This document shows, piece after piece, positions 48,601 to 55,776 of a stretch of DNA of 64,000 nt. The first letter of the stretch is position 1; every line of letters begins with the position of its first letter. The translations under genes and the position numbers were made by a program. This DNA comes from a virus: positions 64,001-128,000 of the IMG/VR virus record IMGVR_UViG_3300031772_000003, one strand, 5' to 3'. The notes beneath the pieces were generated by a model, which saw only the letters and a list, made by a program, of their open reading frames with translations, made no database searches and was not told the DNA's origin.

Positions 48601-51600
48601 CATCACCCCATATCCACGTCCCATTCTCAGCCACGTCCTCAATGCTCGCGTAGGCTTCGGAGAGAGATTCCACCACACTACTAGCCTTTATCCGTAGCTC
48701 ACGGAGCCTGTCCTCAAGGGGGGTCCAATCTACCGCCTGACCAGCGATCACCCGTATATCCACGTCAGACTCCCCATATGGCCTCTCAAACTGGCCTGTC
48801 TCCTGATTTAGCTTTGCACCACCACCGGCAGGTTGGCGATGATTAGATAGTCTAATCTCTAGCCCATCCTCTCCATCAAACAACTCAAATTGTAGATACC
48901 ATGAGTCTGCGAAATCATGACAGTTATCTTGCCCGCCTAAGTGAATCAAACCCACAGACTCACACCGCTGAATCACCTCATCTGCTGCCAGAAGCAGGGC
49001 ATCTCTATATGCAAGAGCCGCTTGGTAAGTCTCCTCCGCCTCCTGCTTCTTTGCAGCATCCTCTTCGTCTTGCTCGCTATCACGTAATGCAGCATCATAG
49101 AGACTTGCCTCCCACGCCTCGTCCGAATCGTAGTCTCGCCTTGGGAAGGCATCCAGGAGATCGGGTAAGTACTGCCTTAGCTCATCCGGCCAGTCATCCC
49201 CTATAACCTCACACACCACCCTGTCCAACTGCCCCACGTCATCCACGACTTTGCTCTGCTTGAACCAGGCACGGAACTCCGGGGTGTCCGTGGCGAGCCT
49301 GGGGTCGGTAGCCTCCGTCAGGGCTTCTGCCGTCCAACCGGGTTGAAATGGGATACCAGCCGCGGGCGCTATGCGGGGGAAGTCCATGTAGAAGTCATCG
49401 GGCAACCCCGCCCGCTTCGCATGCCTCTTGGCCAGCGCCAGGAGCTTAGCGGCCTTGCGCTCACACTCCTCAGCATCCTTTGGGTAGCCCAGCCGCTTCC
49501 ACTCCTCCACCTCATCCTGTTCCTTGATCGCCATCAAGTAGTAGTGCGTCGCAAGAGAGTAGGACGGAATCCTGTAAGCCCCCTCACTCAGCGCCATGTC
49601 CAGCGAGCCCACGGTGCGGGCATCCACCACGAACCGCCCTTTGCCCATCAAGAACTGCACCGCCAGTTCATACTGAGCCTTCCAGTCAGCCCGCTGCCGA
49701 TCCTGCCAATGGGTGAGAAAGTCCCGGTCAGTCCGCTCGATTGCGGAGTAACCCGGCATGCTCCTGCCCTGGAAGTAGGAGAGGTCCTGCCACTGCTCCC
49801 CCAATTTGATCTCAGTCTTCTTGCCATCTTTCCCACTGAACGTCACGGTGCCAATGGTGAACTCTTTGCCTGTCAAGGAGCCGTCACCCACGTATCGTGT
49901 GATAGCTTCTGGCTTCAGGTAGGCAACCGTTGCGTGGGCGTGGTACTCGGGGTGCGTGTCGGTACACTTGAGGTTATCCGAGACGAGCTTGTTGAGCCGG
50001 TCCAAGCCGGCACTCTCGATGTCGTACTTCAACACAGCGGCGTTATCCGAGGATTCGCTAGGAGGGAAGGATGAAAGCTTGCCAAACTTGATCGTGACCC
50101 GCTCCTCGCCCTTGAGGGGCTTCTTCACTTCCTCCGGGTCGGAGGTGTGCAGCCCGTACTTTATCGTAATGTGGGCCTCTGTCTCCCGACCATCCCCCAT
50201 CAAGTCTTCGTCCTTGACCCGCATACCCTGCGCGAGTATGCCCTCCTTAGCCCCACCAATGAGGTCGGCTTGCAGGCAACCATAATCGTGGGTCTCCTCA
50301 TTTAGAGCCGCGTCCAACGCACCGATGGTGCGAGCCTCAAACGTAACGATCTTCTTGGGATTAAATGCGTCCTTTAAGTCGCGCAGCAACGCCTCGGGAA
50401 TGGGCCGATAGCGCTGTGCCTCCGGGGGCACTACAGAGACCCAACCAGTCCGCGCATCGTACCTGCCTTTGTAGAGTTTACCTGCTACTCCTGGACCAAA
50501 CTCTATGTCGTGTGATCCAGGAAGGTTGATCCCCTCGTGATCCCTAACATTGATTACCAAACCCCCCGGCCCAGTCCACATCCAGATGGTATGGATAAGA
50601 CTTTCTTCATCTTCGTCCTCTCCCCCCTGATCGTGCCCGATCTGAAAATAGAGTTCAGCGGCTTGATCCGCAGGGTCCTGATCCTCATAGGGATCAAAAT
50701 TGGGGTAAATAGTAGATCCCCGCTCGGTGGCTTTTGCAACTTCCCGCTTCCACGATACCGGCCTCTTGGCCTCACTCAGCATGCGGTCTAGCCCCCCTAC
50801 TGTGGCCTCAGCGGGCACCCCTCGGGGCTCGGGCCTGGCCCGACTTGGGTCATAAGCGGCGGGTCCCGCTGTAGACAAGCGCTGGAACTCCTGCTTCGCC
50901 AGTTCCATGATCTGGTCTACCAGAGCCTTCGCCTCCGGATCGCCCTCCACGGACTGGTACAGGACCCGGTACTTCCGGGTATCCTCCCACCGGGCCTCCG
51001 GCCCCTTCTCCCGCACCAGTTCCCAGTACTCAGCCGCCAGTTCCGTGGCATACGCCCGCTGCTCCCCCGGCCATGAGAAGTAGTAGCCGGCATTCCTGGA
51101 GCCGGCGTAGGTCGTGGGCCAGTCCCCTAAGTCCGTCCGTGCCTTGTCTTCGATGGCGTGGTAGGTCTCGTGCGTCATGATGCCAGCAAACTCTTCCACG
51201 AATCTCCTATCGGACACCCAAAGATAAATTGCGCCCTCACCGGGCGAGTACATGCCCCCACTTCCAGCCCCGGAATCAGCCCCCGGCGTATACGTGAGTC
51301 CGCCCCCATGCGTCTTGATGTGGACCCGCATCCCAAACAGGTCCCAGCGAAACTTGTCCAGCACCTTCGGGTCTTTGGGCGTAGGAAGCCCCGATGCTTC
51401 CAAGTCCTGGATTATGATGTCGATGGTCCGCTGGCCGATGACCTCACGTAGAGTAACGGTATAGTCCACACCTACCGGAATCTTCCCATTGAGTTCCTGC
51501 GCCCATCTGCGGGCCTTCTGATAGATCAATGCTGGGACCAAAGATTCGACCAGCAAGTCCAGTTCGCCCACGGTGTGGGCATCAGCGGACATCGCATCCT

Positions 51601-54600
51601 CAATCACAGGGGCCTCGCCTGCCGGGGTGACGGAGTCCAGGGCGATCTCCTGAATGCCGGCCCTACCGGGCTGCTTGTCTGGGTGCCACGAGCCTGTCCG
51701 CCTAACGCGCCACACCCGCGTCGGCGTCGCAGAGGCCAAACTCGCCAAGGGCTTGCCCTTGAGGACCCGGAGGAGCTCTGCCCTGTCATAACGGGTGAGG
51801 GCCCGGAGGATTTGCTTGCCGGCCATCGGCACCGCGGGGTAATCCCCACCAAGTGCGAGGCGGAGAACCCTGGGGGTAACGTGCCGCTTAGCAAAGTCGA
51901 GGAGCCAATCAAGGCTCTTGAGAGTCTCGGCAGGGGTGTAGCCCATGTCGGGATGTACCCGCACGAGCTCGGCATAATGCTCCGGCCTCTCTTGAACCAT
52001 CTCGATCCACAGGAGAAGGCCCCCCACATCATCCTCATCAGGGTCCACGTCGGTCAAGGCGGACCCTGGCACCTCGAAGACATAACCCCATGGCTCCTCC
52101 TCCACAGGTATGCCGGGGTGGTTAGCGTAGGAAACGGCCTCCCCAAAAGACGGAGTCAGGTAGACCGCTTCCCGCCGAGCCTGTTGCCATCCCCGTTCCC
52201 TGCTCCCCCCTAACGGCTTGAGGCCCTCCCGGACAATGGCATCCGCTGCGGCTTGAGTGGGGCACCCGTGGTAGTAGGCCGTGGCCCGCATCGGCTCATC
52301 GGGGGTTGGGGCCTCCATGAGGGATTCAACGAGGTGGGCCAAGCTGCCGATGGACTCCTCAACACCCACGTCATATTCCTCATCATTCAGCTTTGCCCCA
52401 TAGTAGCCAGGCTTCTCGTAATACTGGTGGGTCCAGTAGTCCAGCATGTCCTCTGGTACTGTGTCGGCCCGTTGCCACCGACCGCCGATGAGAATATCGT
52501 ACTGGCTGGGCTCAAGCACTCGTTCCTCATAGTCGCCAGTGTCCACATATCTATCATTTGGGAATGCCCCACACTGTTGCAGCCTATCGTCCAAGAAATG
52601 AGCGGGGATACGGACGGCGACCCTACTCCGCGCGAGGGACGCATCATCGAGCCAATTAGCCTCGGTAGTAACATAGAACCTGTAGGTTCCCTCCTCATCG
52701 GGGTCCTGATCCGCCCACCTGTTCTCCTCCCGGGGGATGTCCACAAAAGAGCCGGGCATATCACCGGGATGGGCGGTGTAGAGGCCCTGCCGCAACAACG
52801 CTCGCATATCACCTTTGGGATGATAGCGGTAGTAATAGCTTCCCCTGTGCTGCTGATGTGCAACCGTGTCCTCGGCCAAGGACTCCTCAGCCCTACCCAC
52901 GAGCAAGGAGGACATGGGGACTCGTTCCCAGCCGTCTTGTGGGTAAAGGTTCTGCTCCGGGCCCTGGATCAGGTCCTTCCGCCACATCCTATCCGGCCTC
53001 AACACCCCGTGGTGAGCAATGACAATAGGGCTCAGGGCAATAAGCTCCTGCTTCTGCTCCGGTGTCATCAGGGTAAGCAGACACTTCGTGTTCGCTGCCA
53101 AGGGGTTCTCCGGGTTATCCTGCTCAGCCATCTGCCACAACCAGTCAGGGCATGTCTGCCCGTACTGCCCATCCCACGAAAGAATATAGGACACCTCGGA
53201 GTCATCAGGCTCAACATCCATGAGAGCGGAGCCGGACACCCCAAACACGTATCCATACCGCTCGTCACTATTCGAGGCATAGTCCGCGGCGACCCCAAAA
53301 TCAGGTGTCAAGTACACCCTACCACGAGTTGGGCAGGCTGCGGGTCCACCCATCTTATCCCACGGTTGACTATACGATCTATCGGGTTGAATCCCAGACC
53401 TCGCAATCGCCCGTGCCTTCCGGGTCGTGGGGCAGCCGTGGTAGTACATCTTCTCGGCCTGCTCCTGTGACGGAGGAGGGGATTCCTGAAGAGCCTCTGA
53501 GAGCAGGGAGGACAAGGGGTACGCTTTCCAACCAGACTGATCCCAATAGTGCCCCTCACCAGGATGACGCAAGCGCCAGACCCGTGTAGGCACCACAGGC
53601 CCCAGATGGGCCACGGTCAATGGCCTCTCCCGCATCACCTCCTGCTTTTGCTCCGGGGTCATTCGCCGGAGGATTTCACGGGGATCGGCCATGTGGGGGC
53701 TACCAGGATCGACCGCAGCAGCTATATCATGGAGCCAATCGGGGGTATCATCACCCCACAGGAGGCTGCCCACCCTATCCTCATCGGGCTCCACGTCCTG
53801 CAGGGCCGAACCGGGCACCTCGAAGATGTAGCCATCAGGCGGGTAGTCATCGGGGATTCGCGGGTCATGCCCGGACGTAAGAGCATATTCCACAGCAACC
53901 CCAAAATCAGGTGTGAGGTACACGCGCCCCTGCATCGGCTCCACCCGCGGAGACCAATGACGACTCGGTAACTGATCCGGTCTGATCCCAAATCGAGCGA
54001 TCTCATTGGCCCTTCTTGCGCTGGAACAACCATGGTAATAGGTCTGCTGGGTCTGTGTCTCAGAAGGGGGCGGGGCCTCGATGAGCATGGCCCGGTCAAG
54101 GGACCCAATAGATTCGCCTACCAACTCAAACAATAACTCCCCACCCGTTCCTCTTACAGGTGCCCCCTGCATCTCAGGGAACCGCTGCTCGATTGCCTCT
54201 ACAGCATGATGCACCTTCAGTTTCGCCCCACGATCCCACCTCTCCCACATACCATAGAACTCAATTCCCCACTCCGCCTCCACAGCATCAGGTGGGTAGA
54301 AGCAACCCCGCTGAGATATGATTTCCTGCTGATCCACATCACACAGCAGCCCACCTCCCTCAGTGTAGCCCAAGACATCCCCACGCTTGTGTCCCGCCCT
54401 CCGAAGCAACCAATCCAGGAGTATTGGCACATGATCTTCCACTGTGGTCATCGTGACCCTGTAGGTGTCCTCATCGCTACCCTCCTCATCATACTCCTCA
54501 TCATCTTCTATCCCCCACTCCCGCGGCTCCCCTTTGACAGACACCCGCAACAATGTTAGCAGGGCTTTACTGCCGTCCATTGTCAAGAGCCCAGTCTCGC

Positions 54601-54955
54601 GTGACCATACAAAGTAGACCTCGCCCAGCTTGCGGGAGAGCAGGGCTTCCATGGTCGGTCGCTGCCGGTAGCGCCGCTCCACCTCCGTAGCCGCAGCGTG
54701 CGCCCGCTCGTAGTCCCATCCCTGAAGCATCAGAGATCGCTCATAAGTTTCGTGGACCAGCACAGCGGGCATCTCAACGGGCTGGACGCCGTTGTCGATC
54801 CAGATTTCGTCTTGGGGGATGAAGGCGTAGCGGCAGCCATTCCCGCCCTGAGAGAAATCCAAGTCGTAGGTATCGCGGACGGCCCTGCCGTCCACGATCC
54901 AGACTTTGAGGCCCTGTGTCGTGCCCCAGTAATGGATGTAGGGGGAGGGCAGCAT
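45683..54955 (-). CDS. Giant multidomain (polyvalent) protein, ~3090 aa: ART-like x4-5, zincin, 2H phosphoesterase (Acb1-like), Nudix, ParB/Srx and unknown domains
   Basis: YYHGC..VYLTP x3; HETYH; HIT..HAT; GGRIEDE..ETAARREFIEETG; PPIVV..DGNHR; LYR..EEEQE; repeated linkers. Start moved to ATG 54955 (GAGG RBS). Confidence 0.85.
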   Translation of the reverse strand: MLPSPYIHYWGTTQGLKVWIVDGRAVRDTYDLDFSQGGNGCRYAFIPQDEIWIDNGVQPVEMPAVLVHETYERSLMLQGWDYERAHAAATEVERRYRQRPTMEALLSRKLGEVYFVWSRETGLLTMDGSKALLTLLRVSVKGEPREWGIEDDEEYDEEGSDEDTYRVTMTTVEDHVPILLDWLLRRAGHKRGDVLGYTEGGGLLCDVDQQEIISQRGCFYPPDAVEAEWGIEFYGMWERWDRGAKLKVHHAVEAIEQRFPEMQGAPVRGTGGELLFELVGESIGSLDRAMLIEAPPPSETQTQQTYYHGCSSARRANEIARFGIRPDQLPSRHWSPRVEPMQGRVYLTPDFGVAVEYALTSGHDPRIPDDYPPDGYIFEVPGSALQDVEPDEDRVGSLLWGDDTPDWLHDIAAAVDPGSPHMADPREILRRMTPEQKQEVMRERPLTVAHLGPVVPTRVWRLRHPGEGHYWDQSGWKAYPLSSLLSEALQESPPPSQEQAEKMYYHGCPTTRKARAIARSGIQPDRSYSQPWDKMGGPAACPTRGRVYLTPDFGVAADYASNSDERYGYVFGVSGSALMDVEPDDSEVSYILSWDGQYGQTCPDWLWQMAEQDNPENPLAANTKCLLTLMTPEQKQELIALSPIVIAHHGVLRPDRMWRKDLIQGPEQNLYPQDGWERVPMSSLLVGRAEESLAEDTVAHQQHRGSYYYRYHPKGDMRALLRQGLYTAHPGDMPGSFVDIPREENRWADQDPDEEGTYRFYVTTEANWLDDASLARSRVAVRIPAHFLDDRLQQCGAFPNDRYVDTGDYEERVLEPSQYDILIGGRWQRADTVPEDMLDYWTHQYYEKPGYYGAKLNDEEYDVGVEESIGSLAHLVESLMEAPTPDEPMRATAYYHGCPTQAAADAIVREGLKPLGGSRERGWQQARREAVYLTPSFGEAVSYANHPGIPVEEEPWGYVFEVPGSALTDVDPDEDDVGGLLLWIEMVQERPEHYAELVRVHPDMGYTPAETLKSLDWLLDFAKRHVTPRVLRLALGGDYPAVPMAGKQILRALTRYDRAELLRVLKGKPLASLASATPTRVWRVRRTGSWHPDKQPGRAGIQEIALDSVTPAGEAPVIEDAMSADAHTVGELDLLVESLVPALIYQKARRWAQELNGKIPVGVDYTVTLREVIGQRTIDIIIQDLEASGLPTPKDPKVLDKFRWDLFGMRVHIKTHGGGLTYTPGADSGAGSGGMYSPGEGAIYLWVSDRRFVEEFAGIMTHETYHAIEDKARTDLGDWPTTYAGSRNAGYYFSWPGEQRAYATELAAEYWELVREKGPEARWEDTRKYRVLYQSVEGDPEAKALVDQIMELAKQEFQRLSTAGPAAYDPSRARPEPRGVPAEATVGGLDRMLSEAKRPVSWKREVAKATERGSTIYPNFDPYEDQDPADQAAELYFQIGHDQGGEDEDEESLIHTIWMWTGPGGLVINVRDHEGINLPGSHDIEFGPGVAGKLYKGRYDARTGWVSVVPPEAQRYRPIPEALLRDLKDAFNPKKIVTFEARTIGALDAALNEETHDYGCLQADLIGGAKEGILAQGMRVKDEDLMGDGRETEAHITIKYGLHTSDPEEVKKPLKGEERVTIKFGKLSSFPPSESSDNAAVLKYDIESAGLDRLNKLVSDNLKCTDTHPEYHAHATVAYLKPEAITRYVGDGSLTGKEFTIGTVTFSGKDGKKTEIKLGEQWQDLSYFQGRSMPGYSAIERTDRDFLTHWQDRQRADWKAQYELAVQFLMGKGRFVVDARTVGSLDMALSEGAYRIPSYSLATHYYLMAIKEQDEVEEWKRLGYPKDAEECERKAAKLLALAKRHAKRAGLPDDFYMDFPRIAPAAGIPFQPGWTAEALTEATDPRLATDTPEFRAWFKQSKVVDDVGQLDRVVCEVIGDDWPDELRQYLPDLLDAFPRRDYDSDEAWEASLYDAALRDSEQDEEDAAKKQEAEETYQAALAYRDALLLAADEVIQRCESVGLIHLGGQDNCHDFADSWYLQFELFDGEDGLEIRLSNHRQPAGGGAKLNQETGQFERPYGESDVDIRVIAGQAVDWTPLEDRLRELRIKASSVVESLSEAYASIEDVAENGTWIWGDGEIETGYFHAKAAYDKYAPAVPDDDRDDAAGIRLGIEHGGILVNLEDLTLFVRCAPPMAGLTSNAAYLTLLNLLAHTSAHFTVELTTEVGVESEVPGETMTVWEMKNLVRQWIQIAGQVQEESVQEARLSPYEIGPYGAWVWSDGSFDHGTNAWGGGLHHVARAERKYGKDGFQAALDAGSIRIRPGDDGSGFKVQIGSSKAPFAVAALQTLRELVAGQSPDDCPEVEFEWWDSNITHHHRYLSQEDAVDYLDRCVNAGALIEALTPHGTYYANTAGRHFWGDQGAGILPLCTSTGRFLLAYRSSEVNEPHTWGIWGGRIEDEAPETAARREFIEETGYTGSMELVPSYVYTTEGFQYSNFLGIVPEEFEPGHGWETEGHRWVTWEEMYRVKPQHFGLAALLKNAHEQIQKLVERDESGIQEQVGIDHPDLAPFPFEQVTAKTPDGKTFRVILKNPQERSGFLVGDEVDVEGEEVRRRVLVGKDKGKLADVTTQMIQLGAITSREPLRALKHTGKLVNARRYIDQHPVAEVVVENGYDQIQKLVEQGEQVTESLLEAAVPPLGQPVDDYEGKAPEHDWDATDNYGKWTQQTVAQFVGVKPDRFVYTAMVDLADLKPQRVEKQGAEALRKGEGELDPVFMEQAEEMLERWTAGETQYHRSGFDNWRDFLPWDPDDGYDDSDVELLARELQARSEVESYPEDELQRSFGRGFPPIVVTREVDGSVVINDGNHRADIWREQDYDVAPAWVNDDMARQASKRRPPTVRRAGVVKRVVDQGQQVAESFQPSTYSLAPELTDEEREEMVAAVLHDSVDEINNYADLAREDLGDDATDVEVDARAEKMVREEIERALDDALEGIAGMSDPLVLYRAIDVDPVDPATVWQHIRTRGIGVYWADEEDKAECHWGHGGPCVVLRASVPSKSVDWKGTLFARCQPSLGEEEQEIRLLKGRSVHVTGIQLPSGEWQPVNIRARA

Positions 54956-54965
54956 GTCGTTGCCC

Positions 54966-55343
54966 TCAATTAGGTGGGCCACTACGCATCTGCGTAGCAA
55001 TGAGCAACCGAAGTGATTCTATTTCCTTTGTCTGACTCTTGATCGCGTCCTTAATCTCTTTGAGGCTTTCATGAACCACCGTAGCTATGACCTCTGCTGC
55101 GACGGCCTTATGTTCTGCTACGGTCAAGCGCGCACTCACTTGTGACGACACGGCCCATGTAAAGGCGTAGGCCCCGCAAGGAAGAACGATGAGGAAGCCG
55201 AGCGCGGTGAGGAACGCCCATAAAGGCGTCCTACCCTTGACGCAAGCGGTGCGGTGCTGCTCACAAGTCTCGGTTGTCACAGGCGTAGGCATCATGGCCC
55301 CCCCCCCTTCTCTAATGTAGCCCGCTCGTGCTGGCTGTGGCAA
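54966..55343 (-). CDS. Membrane protein with coiled coil
   Basis: One TM segment followed by a heptad tail. Confidence 0.55.
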   Translation of the reverse strand: MPQPARAGYIREGGGAMMPTPVTTETCEQHRTACVKGRTPLWAFLTALGFLIVLPCGAYAFTWAVSSQVSARLTVAEHKAVAAEVIATVVHESLKEIKDAIKSQTKEIESLRLLIATQMRSGPPN

Positions 55344-55425
55344 GGATATACTCCTTAGCTGTTAGATCACAGGGGACTGTGACACTCCACAACCAACCTT
55401 GAACAAGGTGCATTTTCCTAGCACG

Positions 55426-55776
55426 TCAAATGACCGGAGACTGCCACACATGTCCTGAATCAGCCTCGGGGTCGAGCAACGCTACCATGAGGTCGCGCGC
55501 CGCCGCCCCACCCGATCCAATGATGCGGAGGACCTTGGCCGAGGTGACCTTCTCCACGCGCAGATCGGTCCCACCCCCATAGGCACCGAGGTTAAACGTG
55601 GTCACGAGATCGGTCCACGTTGAGCCATCCACGGAGCCCTGAATCTTGAGTGCGAGGGTGCCGGTGGTGAGGTTCCACAGGACGAGACAACGCGACGAGG
55701 GGTTGGCGGAGTGGATATTCAAGACGGTGCCGGAGGCCGCGGGCACGGGGAGGATGTCGAAGCTGACGCCGATCAT
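55426..55776 (-). CDS. Small beta-rich protein, possibly structural
   Basis: LKIQGSVDGSTWTDL pattern. Confidence 0.55.
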   Translation of the reverse strand: MIGVSFDILPVPAASGTVLNIHSANPSSRCLVLWNLTTGTLALKIQGSVDGSTWTDLVTTFNLGAYGGGTDLRVEKVTSAKVLRIIGSGGAAARDLMVALLDPEADSGHVWQSPVI

